A DNA stretch of 64,000 bases from Escherichia phage W70. This document shows positions 9,808 to 19,971 of this stretch, piece after piece (position 1 is the first letter of the stretch; every line of letters starts with the position of its first letter). The notes below the pieces were generated by a model that saw nothing but the letters and a program-made list of their open reading frames with translations, was not told the DNA's origin and did not search any database. The stretch lies in the sequence record OP778610; one strand, 5' to 3'. The position numbers and the translations under genes were made by a program.

Positions 9808-9843
9808 TGCACATAAAAGAAAACCACCCTTCGGGGTGGTTTA
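9808..9843 (-). terminator. intrinsic terminator
   Basis: Minus-strand stem aaaccacccc-gaag-ggtggttt then T-run, downstream of polymerase exon 2. Confidence 0.6.
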
Positions 9844-9848
9844 AATTA

Positions 9849-10148
9849 CTAGTGGCACGCCCCCCAGTTCATCCCTGTGAGGTATTCACCTGTTATGTGG
9901 ACAGGAGATTTCATCATTCGTGCTGCTTGCTCTACACAACGAACAACCATCTCTCCAACTGGACAATACATGATCGTGTAGATTCCATTCTCATCAGGAT
10001 CACACTTAAACTTCCCTTCTTTCACACAATGACCATCCAAGATCATTTTCTTAGCCAAGCAAGCTTCTACAAATTTCTTCGCGTCAGCTTCGTTGTCAAA
10101 GGTCCAGGTCTTCTTGAACTTGTGCGGTACTTCAAGCTGGTATTCATC
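9849..10148 (-). CDS. DNA polymerase (family A), exon 2
   Basis: DEYQLEV completes motif C when joined to exon 1 (YYH|DE); C-terminus NWGACH like Pol I/T7 ...H terminus. Confidence 0.65.
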   Translation of the reverse strand, partial: DEYQLEVPHKFKKTWTFDNEADAKKFVEACLAKKMILDGHCVKEGKFKCDPDENGIYTIMYCPVGEMVVRCVEQAARMMKSPVHITGEYLTGMNWGACH

Positions 10149-10920
10149 CAAAAGTTTAACGAGGTCGTTACTCTCGCCCACATCATTACATGTTGCCATA
10201 CGTTTTCACATATGGATCGGACTATATCACCATCCTTTTCAGGATGCTCCCCATTTCGACGGCACTTGCTCGCCTACGCCTCTCGGCTAGTCTCTGAACG
10301 TTAGGACCATGTGTAGTCACAAGAGATGTGTGTCCAGTTTTTACGGATTTTTATGGACCTTACCACGTTGTAAGGATAACCCATATCCCGAATCTGTGCA
10401 CTTCCATAACCTTGCCCCAGGAAGTTGCAAATCTCTCTAACCTCTTCTTCGGTAACTATACTTCTGGCGTTATCAACCCCTGTTGCTGAACGACATTTAT
10501 CAGCAAAGGTTTTCTTGATATTTCCACCACGAGTTGTCCATTGGAGGTTTGAATAGTGGTTATTCCTTTTGTCAGGCCACTTATGATCAACCTCCGGCAA
10601 ACCTTCAGGGTTTGGTACAAAACACTCTGCCACCAAAACGTGAACAGCCTTTGTAGTCGTCCTTTTGTTGAGATACAGACTTACAATAAGATACCCACGT
10701 CCATTATCAACTGCCGCCATTGGTTTCCCTCGACGACCTATAATGGTCCCGTCTTCATAAACCTTGTAACCGAAATAATCTTTATATTCCACATGATCCT
10801 CTTCGCTGCTGATTAACATAGTCTCATACTAACTCACACTTGAATTAATATCAACCTTAGTCTTCCAGCAATTAAAGGAGTTTTCGATGTGAGTTACCTC
10901 ACAAAGCCACAATGTTACTT
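10149..10920 (-). mobile_element. group I intron in DNA polymerase gene, HNH-ORF-containing
   Basis: In-frame stop right after exon 1; core elements GACTAGCCGAGAGGCGTAG and GATATAGTCC on minus strand; ends in G before exon 2. Confidence 0.65.
10301..10819 (-). CDS. HNH homing endonuclease (intron-encoded)
   Basis: LPEVDHKWPDKRNNHYSNLQWTT HNH-type motif; lies inside intron. Confidence 0.7.
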   Translation of the reverse strand: MLISSEEDHVEYKDYFGYKVYEDGTIIGRRGKPMAAVDNGRGYLIVSLYLNKRTTTKAVHVLVAECFVPNPEGLPEVDHKWPDKRNNHYSNLQWTTRGGNIKKTFADKCRSATGVDNARSIVTEEEVREICNFLGQGYGSAQIRDMGYPYNVVRSIKIRKNWTHISCDYTWS

Positions 10921-13251
10921 ATGGTAATAGATAATACGTCTAACGCCTTCATCATACCAACCTTTCTTAACCAACTGCCAGTGCAGGAGGATACCCACCA
11001 AGTCAAACAGTGCAGCACCACCATTCTGCTGATAAGCATTAAGCAATGAGTGTTTGGAACGAGTGTAGATCTTACGTCCATCAAGACCGTAGATGAATCG
11101 CTTACCGTTAGCTTCCCAAAACTTCTCTAGTGCTTCTTTACGACCTTTCAAGCCGATGTTGCTATCCCAGAATGCGTCGATTACTGCCTGGGCCTTCTCA
11201 AGAGTGATCCCCAGCATTGATGCAATCTTCGCTGCCTGTGCCCCGTACATAATTCCGTATGTCACACCTTTACCTTCACCACGAGAAACCTTCTTCCCTG
11301 CCGCTTTGGTATACGCTTCTGCGTTTCGGGAGTGAGCATCTCCAGATTCCATGATACGAAGATAAGCACCGCCATCGAAATCATAAGCGCCCCATGCTGC
11401 GATCATACCTTCTAGGTTTGAACCGTCGATACCTACCTGATATTTACCCTCAGAGGCTCTGAATAGTTCACGCATCTCTTTACCGAGAAGAACTTTCTCA
11501 TCCGGCTTAGGTACGTTTGCTACGATCGTATGCTTACGACGACCTGTGTTAGTTATTCCACTATAACGGGCCGGAAGTTTACCGTCAACTCGTAGACGTG
11601 GATGGTTAAGCCATCCGGTATCAACCTTCTCTTCTTTCAGCGGGTCAAGAACAGATCGTCGGTTACGTAAAGACAGCCATTTAACAATCTGTTTAGCCAT
11701 TTCACCATCTACTCGCTCAAGGTTAGGGCAAAGACCCTGTTGATCCTTAAGTTGTGGAGATGTAGGTAATGCACGAGCTTTCTTACGGAAAAACTTGAAC
11801 ATCTTTTCTTTATCTGACCACTGCTTAGGTGTGATCGCCAAGCTTTTCAGAATCAGATCACGATACTCCGTCTGATCCAAATCTTCAATGTATTGACGAA
11901 CAATCAGATCAACTTCACTATCGGGACGTTGTTTCTTGAACTGATCTTTAGTTGCATCCTTTGTACGCCAAATTGTTGGGACCCATCCTGCATCACGGAT
12001 CAGGAACTTCTTAACGTCGTCCTGGTTACCAATACGCATCGGAATCATAATGTCCGGCATCTTTTGTTCTTTGATATCCATCAAAGCACGAGCCATATCT
12101 TCCGGCGGCAAAGGAACAAGCCCTTGCTGCTTAACGTTTTGTGCACGGATAAAATCACCCATTTTGGATTCGTCCTCTACACCGTGTTCAACACAATACT
12201 TGATCGCGGCAGCAGTAAGAGATCCGTCAGCCTTAAACGGCTTACTTGGTGCACCTTTAAATTCCAAGGCTTCCCAATTGATATTATAACCTAACTTCTC
12301 TAACCATTTCCAACCTGTACCGGAAAGAGATCCATCACCCTTGAAAGGTTTGGATGGGAATGTCGGTTGTGCTGATTTCGACATCTCTTTCTTCGGCAAC
12401 TTAGGTTCAACCTCTAACTCAATGTCAGTCATCATCTTATCGATACGATCACGAAGCTTGAGTGCTTTTTCTTCATCAAATGAAACACCCTGAATTTCTT
12501 GCTCAATCATCAGGTAGTCAGTCAACATACCTCGACGCAGGGCATTCTTCCAGTTGATCATTTTATACTTCTTCTGATCTTTGTCTGTTTCATCCTTAAA
12601 CATGAAGCGTTTATCATCCGGCATGGATTCACAGGAGATCTCTTTCATCAGAGCATCCCACACCATTTCGTTGATAATTACGTCTTCAATAATACGATCG
12701 CAATACTTCCAAAGTGGAAGGCCACGCCAATCTTCAATCGCCACTTTCTGGTTAGCTACTCGCATACCCCAAGCTTCAAGCCCGTGTGGCCCTACAGGCT
12801 TCATTTTACCTGTGACGGGGTTCTTTACCATCTCAGGACAACCGCGAGGCAGAGGGCGATCTGGATACAATGTACGGGACATTGAAAGTGTATCGAAGAT
12901 GGTTACTTGTTTACCATTGATCGTCCCCATGCAACCAGGGTCTGCAAACATATCGTAAGTTGTTCCTAGCATCTTCTTAAACAACTGGAGGTCATAGCCG
13001 AAGATGTTGTGGATAGCAACTGCTTTAGGCTCGGTAACGAACCATTCGTTTAATTCTTCAAGGGTGCGGATCTTGAAGTTTTTACCTTTAGATTGGATAA
13101 ATTTAACAGCTTGATCGTAACCTTCTCGCTGTGGATCAAGAAAGATGTTCCAGTTATCTTTTTTGTACTCTTTAAACAAGATGCAGTGGATTAGATCAAC
13201 TTCTGTCAACAGACCATTAGCTTCCGCATCTCCAATAAATAAGCCTTTCAT
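10921..13251 (-). CDS. DNA polymerase (family A), exon 1
   Basis: N-terminal FIGDAEANG 3'-5' exo motif; KKVSRGEGKGVTYGIMYGAQAAKIA resembles motif B; ORF stops one codon after ...YYH. Confidence 0.75.
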
Positions 13252-13288
13252 TTTTTCTCCTTCTTTTAAACTCCAACTAGACTAAAAC

Positions 13289-13325
13289 AAAGCCTAGCCG
13301 GAGGTATGACCCTTCGGCTAGGTTA
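13289..13325 (-). terminator. possible intrinsic terminator
   Basis: Stem cctagccg...cggctagg followed by T-rich run on minus strand. Confidence 0.35.
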
Positions 13326-13417
13326 TCAAAAGTGTCGGTATCCTTCATCAACAAAATAAAGTATTACCAAGATGGCAAACACGACACCCAAGAATATTAA
13401 TCCTAGTGAAGTTGGCA

Positions 13418-13693
13418 TCAGTCTTCTATTACCTCAAATTCATCATTAAAAGCTACGATAGTTTCACCGTAGCCCATGTTTAATCGGGCAGTTGTAGGTT
13501 TGCCATTCCTAGATAGATAGTACACCCTCGCTTCGTAAATGTCACCAACTTTTACACCGTAAGCCTGTAGGTCTTTGTTATTGATATCTTTATTTTCAGC
13601 ATTGATTATTCGAACACTGCTGATCTCTGAGTATACAGAATTATCTTTCATCAGTATTTTTCCTCTGGACGGAAAACTCCACGGCAAGCCCAC
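13418..13693 (-). CDS. hypothetical protein
   Basis: 91-aa ORF. Confidence 0.4.
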   Translation of the reverse strand: MGLPWSFPSRGKILMKDNSVYSEISSVRIINAENKDINNKDLQAYGVKVGDIYEARVYYLSRNGKPTTARLNMGYGETIVAFNDEFEVIED

Positions 13694-13941
13694 ATACTTG
13701 CTTCTTTGAGGCGATCTTTAGCCTTAGATAAGCAATCAGATGCAAAAAGCACGGAATCTAGATCCCCTTCGGGAATCGAAGAGTCATTAGCCAGTCGATT
13801 ATATTCCTCAATAATCTCGTCTTCTAATGCTTTTAAAATAAGACCTAAACGAATTTCAGCATCTTTAATGGCATTCACCTTACCGATTTTTTCATCGGTG
13901 TGTGGTTTGTAGCCCTTAATGTCATCAATAGCCATTACCAA
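13651..13941 (-). CDS. hypothetical protein
   Basis: 96-aa ORF. Confidence 0.4.
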   Translation of the reverse strand: MVMAIDDIKGYKPHTDEKIGKVNAIKDAEIRLGLILKALEDEIIEEYNRLANDSSIPEGDLDSVLFASDCLSKAKDRLKEASMWACRGVFRPEEKY

Positions 13942-14423
13942 TCCTCTTCTGTTTGTTCATACTCGGAAGGGGTGATGAAGTAATTCTGCCCCCGCTTGCA
14001 CTGGTTGAAAGTCCCAACATACCAAGTACCGATATCCATGTTGATGAAAGTTTCTTCTTGAACAAAGATCAGATCAGTAAGATTATTGTCTGATCGTTGG
14101 GTCGCTAACAAAATATGCTCAAAATCTGCTAATGTTATGTTGTAACAGAAACCATCTTCGTCCTCCATAACTGCAACAACAGAGCTACGCCCTTGGGTGA
14201 ATTGACGAAACTGTAAACGTAAATGACGATGTTCATGTTCATTCGTCTTCACCTTTTTCCGATTTTCGAAATATTCTTCGGAATAATTTGGATGCTTTAA
14301 TTTCAGCTTTTCGATCTCTTCGGTAGAAAGAGCATCCTTATCCCAACCAGTAAACCATTTACCGTTATCATTAAATACCGCAGGGTATTTACGCTTACTC
14401 AAATCTTTAAACATTTGAATCAT
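13935..14423 (-). CDS. hypothetical protein
   Basis: 162-aa ORF. Confidence 0.5.
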   Translation of the reverse strand: MIQMFKDLSKRKYPAVFNDNGKWFTGWDKDALSTEEIEKLKLKHPNYSEEYFENRKKVKTNEHEHRHLRLQFRQFTQGRSSVVAVMEDEDGFCYNITLADFEHILLATQRSDNNLTDLIFVQEETFINMDIGTWYVGTFNQCKRGQNYFITPSEYEQTEEDW

Positions 14424-14733
14424 CTCCTTCAGCTAGGCTACGAATATACTTGAAAATTTCTTCATGATCATTACCAAATGCAACATATCCCTTTTCAGCA
14501 TCAAGTCCATAATTATGCTCTATTTTCTCTAAAAAGCAATTTCCGTAAGTAATTTTTTCAACCAGGGGATCGGATTCTGAAAAACCCAACCCAAAAGCTT
14601 TCCAGTGCTCACGTTTAAGCTCCACGTATTCCCACGGTTTATCTCCATCGTGGAATAACACAAGGGTGTCTTGATCTTTCTTTTCTACATTGACATGACC
14701 ATAAAATCCACTGGGCGATTTGTTAAATTTCAT
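14407..14733 (-). CDS. hypothetical protein
   Basis: Internal start chosen to limit overlap with upstream gene. Confidence 0.4.
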   Translation of the reverse strand: MKFNKSPSGFYGHVNVEKKDQDTLVLFHDGDKPWEYVELKREHWKAFGLGFSESDPLVEKITYGNCFLEKIEHNYGLDAEKGYVAFGNDHEEIFKYIRSLAEGDDSNV

Positions 14734-15055
14734 AATCTTCTCCGTAAATATCTTTAATTTTTGAACTGAGGTATCCAGGATCGCAGCCATCATACCACAC
14801 TTCTACGAAAACCTTTTGGGAATCTTTGATGATCTTTGCCCCGACTCTTTCAATCCCCTTGAAGAAAGATTGTAAGATGTAATCATCTAACACGTTTACT
14901 CCATAAGCATCGTGGAGGGATTTTTCATCGTGAACATACACAACCATCTTACCATCATACGTAACTTGAATGCAAGGGTCATCTTCCCAAGTAATAGCCG
15001 GAGAATCCGGCTCAAGCTTTGCAATAACACCAATAGTCAATCGGTTGTCACTCAC
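14723..15055 (-). CDS. hypothetical protein
   Basis: 110-aa ORF. Confidence 0.45.
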   Translation of the reverse strand: MSDNRLTIGVIAKLEPDSPAITWEDDPCIQVTYDGKMVVYVHDEKSLHDAYGVNVLDDYILQSFFKGIERVGAKIIKDSQKVFVEVWYDGCDPGYLSSKIKDIYGEDYEI

Positions 15056-16269
15056 TCTTTACCCCCTGCGATGCGTAACATTTGGATAGTTTTCTCCAGT
15101 TCTTTACGAGGTTTGGCAACTAAACGACGTTCGTGTCGCTTCAGGAAGCCTTCTAAGAACTCTAACGGTTTAAAGGATAACACTTCCTGTACTGATTCGT
15201 CAACAGCATACTCTTTCTGGACCATACGATAAACCGGATTTTTTACAGTTACAGGAGTATAACCCTTACTGATCGCCATTTGGGTAACAACACGCTTCTT
15301 GCCATCGGTCCATGAGTCATCGATCGGGAAAGAATCTTTACCGTATTTTTCAGAGAATAACTTAACTGCTGTTTTTGTCAAGTCATCCTGATCTTCTTGT
15401 GTTCGACTTTGACCCCAATAATAACCACCAGAGGTCTTAGCACGACGTTCCGAGAACAAAGCAAGGTCATCGTACTGCTCAAGAGCTAAACGCGCCAGAA
15501 GCTCGATATCGTCGCTTTCTGACAGCAGTCGGTTTGCTTCGTACTTAACTTCAAAAGTATTTGCACTATCACGATCACGGTCAAGGGTGAAAGCTTCTGG
15601 CTTGAAGTCGTAATCGAATTTAAAATTACCTGGAACACGAGTAACGAACAGTCCATTTACAAACAGGTTGCAGTCACCGCCTGTGATAGATCCATCCTCT
15701 TCTTCATTTTGGTATTCGTCCGCAGCATTATACAGTTTAGTATAAGCTTTGCCGCGATCATTCTGAATAACGACTGTACGTTCAGTGGTTGGCGCATAGT
15801 TATTCATAATTTCAGACATAGCACAATGAGGGATGTTTTCAATGATCACAGTTACAGTATTTGAATCACGGCCTGACAAAGCCTTTTCATGGATATCTAC
15901 CGCCAAAATATTCTGTTCGTATACTGTATCATAAACCATATTTGGAATCCAAAGATCATTACCATTTTCGATAACAATGTCTGCACCTTCACGAACAAGC
16001 ACCAGAAGACCTACTTTCAGACCTTCACCAAACTTACCGATCTTGCTGTCATCATCACGTTTGGTTGAAACACCCATCAAAAGGCCGGAAACGGGAACAA
16101 CACCGCCACGAGAGATGATTGTGATCTTACCTTGATTACTATCATCTTTACTAAAATAAATATTGAAATCTTCTGTATCGATAGCATTTTGCATTAGTTC
16201 ACGAGCACCTTGCCACCATGACCAGTGACTGACGTAATTTTCAGTGATGCTCAATTTAATCTGTTTCAT
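15052..16269 (-). CDS. GHKL-family ATPase-like protein
   Basis: N-box-like RELMQNAIDT and G2-box-like GKFGEGLKVG near N-terminus; start overlaps upstream stop. Confidence 0.5.
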   Translation of the reverse strand: MKQIKLSITENYVSHWSWWQGARELMQNAIDTEDFNIYFSKDDSNQGKITIISRGGVVPVSGLLMGVSTKRDDDSKIGKFGEGLKVGLLVLVREGADIVIENGNDLWIPNMVYDTVYEQNILAVDIHEKALSGRDSNTVTVIIENIPHCAMSEIMNNYAPTTERTVVIQNDRGKAYTKLYNAADEYQNEEEDGSITGGDCNLFVNGLFVTRVPGNFKFDYDFKPEAFTLDRDRDSANTFEVKYEANRLLSESDDIELLARLALEQYDDLALFSERRAKTSGGYYWGQSRTQEDQDDLTKTAVKLFSEKYGKDSFPIDDSWTDGKKRVVTQMAISKGYTPVTVKNPVYRMVQKEYAVDESVQEVLSFKPLEFLEGFLKRHERRLVAKPRKELEKTIQMLRIAGGKE

Positions 16270-16281
16270 TTATTTGCCCTC

Positions 16282-16998
16282 TTATTTGTTGTATTGATAA
16301 ATTGCTTCAGCCAAGCCCCGTGGGGTTAATGACCGGATCATCTTAGTTCTTGCTGACTTACCACCCAACTTATTCTGCTGATCTGACCAACCAGGTGCAA
16401 CAGGAACCGGAGAGGTTTTTGGAATTATAAACCCATTCCCTGTCCAAAGTCCAGTCTTTTTAGGATAAGCATCCCGTGGTTTAATGTACTGAGGAAAATA
16501 AGGGTTAACATCATTTACCGGAAGATAACCACCATATTCCCAAGGGTTGAAATATACCGTAGGCTTTCGCCATTGTCCAGCTAAAACACTAACGGGGTTC
16601 TCGATCATGTAAGGACAATCAAAAACAAATTCCGCAAGCCAAGCTGCAATCTTTGCAGTTCTTACCGCCTTGATCTGGAAGAAAGGATCTTTTGCTTTCT
16701 TTGATGCAAAGTGACGCGAACCACTGACAGCCATATCAGTACATGGAGGGTAGGCAAGGATCAGGTCCGGTGATGGCAATCCTAAGTTCTCTACATTCTC
16801 CATCCATTCAATATCGATAAAAGCGTTAACGTAAGTGATGTTGGGATGAATTTCCTTTACACCTTCATAATCCCCGTGATCAGCATCGTCATAGTTGAAG
16901 CAGTAGCATTTGTGCCCTGCTTTTGCCCAAGGAAGAACATCAATACCTGAACCAGAAAAGAGACTCCAGATAATCTTTTTATTCATCGTAGCATCCAA
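16282..16998 (-). CDS. minimal DNA (cytosine-5)-methyltransferase-like protein
   Basis: Motif I LFSGSG; motif IV PPCT-DMAVSG (PC catalytic dyad, Thr in place of Gln); motif VI ENP; only 238 aa. Confidence 0.5.
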   Translation of the reverse strand: MDATMNKKIIWSLFSGSGIDVLPWAKAGHKCYCFNYDDADHGDYEGVKEIHPNITYVNAFIDIEWMENVENLGLPSPDLILAYPPCTDMAVSGSRHFASKKAKDPFFQIKAVRTAKIAAWLAEFVFDCPYMIENPVSVLAGQWRKPTVYFNPWEYGGYLPVNDVNPYFPQYIKPRDAYPKKTGLWTGNGFIIPKTSPVPVAPGWSDQQNKLGGKSARTKMIRSLTPRGLAEAIYQYNK

Positions 16999-17291
16999 AT
17001 AGTGGTTAATTTACAAATACACCAGAAAATCCCGATCAGTGTAGCCAGAGTAATAACACAAGTCAATGCTATAGGTAAGAATATTGTCATAATCACTGCA
17101 AAGACTGAAATACCTACGCTTGCAATAAGATCCGGTACGAAATAGTGAAATGGATCTCTTGCCTTTTTAATGTTGTCCCATGTTATTACTACGGAGCTAA
17201 GGACGAGCCAGAATAAAAAGTACAAAATGCAAGGAAATAAAGTCATGTGTGACTTAACCATATCAAACCACATGTTGTAGAATTCAATCAT
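16983..17291 (-). CDS. small membrane protein
   Basis: Three hydrophobic stretches. Confidence 0.45.
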   Translation of the reverse strand: MIEFYNMWFDMVKSHMTLFPCILYFLFWLVLSSVVITWDNIKKARDPFHYFVPDLIASVGISVFAVIMTIFLPIALTCVITLATLIGIFWCICKLTTIWMLR

Positions 17292-17611
17292 TCAGTTTTC
17301 CTCGGTACAGATGCAATAACAGCCTTTTCGACGAGACATACAATAAATCTCCCAATCCCTGCCAAAAGGAGAGCAAAGACTGTAAAAGGCAACCCATAAA
17401 TAAGAACCAAAATCATCAATCCAAAACAAGCGGAAAACAGGACTTCTGTGCCTAGCCACATTTTGGAGTAATTGATATAATTATGTCGCAATTTTAAAAA
17501 CAGTCCAGCAATAGAGCCTACAGAAAATATACCAATCAACCAAGGTGCAGTTACAAATGAACGACTGAACCCTTCCCAAAAAACAAAAACATTAATGATT
17601 GCTTCGATCAT
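17288..17611 (-). CDS. small membrane protein
   Basis: Hydrophobic throughout. Confidence 0.45.
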   Translation of the reverse strand: MIEAIINVFVFWEGFSRSFVTAPWLIGIFSVGSIAGLFLKLRHNYINYSKMWLGTEVLFSACFGLMILVLIYGLPFTVFALLLAGIGRFIVCLVEKAVIASVPRKTE

Positions 17612-17862
17612 AAACCATACCTCGCTTCATATAAGAATTCATCAAGATCTTTACTGTCGTCGGAACCTTCTACTGTCAATGGCATCAGGTGTTCTTTGAA
17701 ATAATAGCAAAGACTGCCGGAACTCGTTTCTACTAAACAGGTTGTTTTACAAACCATTTTAACCTTTACCGATAGTCCCGCATCTTCGTGACTGTGGACC
17801 ATTGCAAGACAACCATCATAAAGCTTATCTTCGTAAGGTAAGCAAGGATCTGGATTTTTCAT
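17608..17862 (-). CDS. hypothetical protein
   Basis: 84-aa ORF. Confidence 0.4.
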   Translation of the reverse strand: MKNPDPCLPYEDKLYDGCLAMVHSHEDAGLSVKVKMVCKTTCLVETSSGSLCYYFKEHLMPLTVEGSDDSKDLDEFLYEARYGL

Positions 17863-18155
17863 CGTGAACTTTCCTCCTCTGCATGTTTACGTACCCAAGC
17901 TACACGGGCCGGATTGAGGTGTTTCTTAGTGTCTTTATGATATGTATACCGACCTTTATCAAAAGGGAACTCGCAGCACAGTCCAGCGTCGGTAAACTGT
18001 TGTTGCATCTCTTCAGACAAATCAAAATTATAGTCCGGCCAATGGTCCAGTGAGTAACATAACCCCTTACGACGATTAAACGGATCGCGGTCAGGTGCGC
18101 CTTCGTCAAGCCACGCGGCATAGGCTTTATAGAATGCTTTAAGTTGCTCGCTCAT
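17859..18155 (-). CDS. hypothetical protein, paralog of 8147-8524
   Basis: AWLDEGAP...GLCYSL...FTDAGL...FPFD. Confidence 0.5.
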   Translation of the reverse strand: MSEQLKAFYKAYAAWLDEGAPDRDPFNRRKGLCYSLDHWPDYNFDLSEEMQQQFTDAGLCCEFPFDKGRYTYHKDTKKHLNPARVAWVRKHAEEESSR

Positions 18156-18551
18156 TTATTTCTCCTCTGCATATGCAATCTTAGTCATGTAGTCAATACA
18201 ATCATATTGAACATTGTGGCTATTAAAAACAGCCTTGCCTTTGTAAATAACTTCCCAATAATTAATACTTTCAATTTCGGAAAGGTAGGCAACACACTCC
18301 CCCTTCGGATTAATAAGTTCAACCTGCTCAGTTTCTCGTAATTTCCAACCAGTAGGCAACTGAACAACTTGTTCCTTAAAAATCACAATATTGTCACGGT
18401 AACCCGTTGCCCTTTTAAATGCTCGGAGTAATTCTTTGTATTCACGATATTTCACATAAAGGCCGTCCTCTGATTTTTCCATACGGGCTTCATTGATATT
18501 GCAATTACCATCCATATCTCCAACCAGGTCATAACGATATACAGGTTTCAT
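18156..18551 (-). CDS. hypothetical protein
   Basis: 131-aa ORF. Confidence 0.5.
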   Translation of the reverse strand: MKPVYRYDLVGDMDGNCNINEARMEKSEDGLYVKYREYKELLRAFKRATGYRDNIVIFKEQVVQLPTGWKLRETEQVELINPKGECVAYLSEIESINYWEVIYKGKAVFNSHNVQYDCIDYMTKIAYAEEK

Positions 18552-18760
18552 TTTTTAACTTTCTCCTTTTTCTCAGGTTTTACATCGCAAACTTTTTGTT
18601 GATAACTGATCGGTGTTACATAACGCCACGTCTTTTTAAGGTTCTCAACGAGGATTCTCATTTGTTCCTCATCAGCACCCCAACCTGCGGTATGTGCTAT
18701 TTCATCAACACTCATTTGGCATTTAACGTACCATCTTGTAACTGTCTTTGATTGTATCAT
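18548..18760 (-). CDS. hypothetical protein
   Basis: 70-aa ORF. Confidence 0.4.
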   Translation of the reverse strand: MIQSKTVTRWYVKCQMSVDEIAHTAGWGADEEQMRILVENLKKTWRYVTPISYQQKVCDVKPEKKEKVKK

Positions 18761-18786
18761 TTGTGTTTCCTTGAGGTCAAGAAATT

Positions 18787-19083
18787 TTATTTAATACCAA
18801 GTTCTTTTGCACTGTAAATATCGTTACCTTCATAACCTTTGTAGTAGATCAGAATATCTTTGACAATCTCTCCTGTCGGTCCGCTCCGGCGGGTACGTGG
18901 TCGTGGTGAGTTTACCAAATAAACTTCACCACGAGTATTTATTTTTGTTGTACGGTGACCTTCGACGAAGGTCAATGTTGTATATGCAGGAACCTTGACA
19001 AGAACCTCTACCTGATCGCCAGCAGTATTCTGTTGTTCATTTGCCATATCGTCTTTAACAACAGTGGTCATAAGTTTGGTCAT
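18787..19083 (-). CDS. hypothetical protein
   Basis: 98-aa ORF. Confidence 0.45.
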   Translation of the reverse strand: MTKLMTTVVKDDMANEQQNTAGDQVEVLVKVPAYTTLTFVEGHRTTKINTRGEVYLVNSPRPRTRRSGPTGEIVKDILIYYKGYEGNDIYSAKELGIK

Positions 19084-19085
19084 TT

Positions 19086-19352
19086 TTATTCTCCTTTGTT
19101 CAGTGTGGATACGAATTCGATATAAGATTCTGCATTTCGTTTATGATAAATCTGAGGATAGCTGTCGGTTACTTTGCCGTATTTGATGTATCGCTCAAGC
19201 ATACCGACAACACCACCACCAATGGAATGCACAACAACACCTTCTTCACCAACAAAGGTAACCACTTCTACGAATGGACTGTTATCATAAGAACGATTTA
19301 CAATCAGATCGCCGACTTCAAATTCGATTTTATCATTTTGTGAGTAGTGCAT
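19086..19352 (-). CDS. hypothetical protein
   Basis: 88-aa ORF. Confidence 0.45.
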   Translation of the reverse strand: MHYSQNDKIEFEVGDLIVNRSYDNSPFVEVVTFVGEEGVVVHSIGGGVVGMLERYIKYGKVTDSYPQIYHKRNAESYIEFVSTLNKGE

Positions 19353-19414
19353 TTGTTTCTCCTTTCTGTTTGGTATGGGGGAAGTATAGGGGAGTTTAGG
19401 AGGGGTGTCAATAG

Positions 19415-19442
19415 AAAAACCGCCCGAAGGCGGTTTATTTTG
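19415..19442 (-). terminator. intrinsic terminator
   Basis: Stem aaccgcc-ttcg-ggcggtt then T-run on minus strand; same hairpin recurs at 53504. Confidence 0.65.
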
Positions 19443-19449
19443 AAAAATA

Positions 19450-19971
19450 TCAGAAAGGTGCTTCGTCGTCGAAATCTACATCTTCAACTTCCGGTACATC
19501 AGGAATGTCACCTGCGGATTCAACGATACTCTGTTGTTCCCACGTAGGTTCCTCTGAAGGTTGGTCCATTTCTTCCATAACCTTCTTGATCTCTTCCTCT
19601 TGCTCACGCAGGAAGTTATCATCCGGCTCAGGAATATCTTCCTCTTTAATATCTGAACGAGTGAGATCACTGTTTTGTTCAGACAGAGGTTGAATCTCTG
19701 CTGCTTTAGGCTTAAAGTCTGGAGAACGATGATCATCTTCTGGATGAGCGGCATACCACTCACGAAGAGTTTCATAAGGACTCTCTAAGAAGCCCTCTGG
19801 CGGTTCCAGATAATCACCCGTATCAATGTCATAGAACACAGGGAATTTACCAGCACGACCGTGTTTACGGTCATCCAGAATAACAAAGTAAGAAGTGTTA
19901 CGTTGTTTCATCGGGAGTTCTGGATCTTTGTTACGTTCAATTCCCCACATATAGTAAGTATTCTTTATGTC
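19450..19971 (-). CDS. primase-helicase (T7 gp4-like), exon 3 with acidic C-terminal tail
   Basis: GIERNKDPE...VILDDRKHGRAGKFPVFYDIDTGDYLEP parallels T7 gp4 C-terminal region; ends DVDFDDEAPF. Confidence 0.6.
   Translation of the reverse strand, partial: DIKNTYYMWGIERNKDPELPMKQRNTSYFVILDDRKHGRAGKFPVFYDIDTGDYLEPPEGFLESPYETLREWYAAHPEDDHRSPDFKPKAAEIQPLSEQNSDLTRSDIKEEDIPEPDDNFLREQEEEIKKVMEEMDQPSEEPTWEQQSIVESAGDIPDVPEVEDVDFDDEAPF

Noticed and set aside
11893-12958. Plus-strand ORFs inside the DNA polymerase gene
   Set aside because: Antisense to a well-supported minus-strand CDS; no independent signals.
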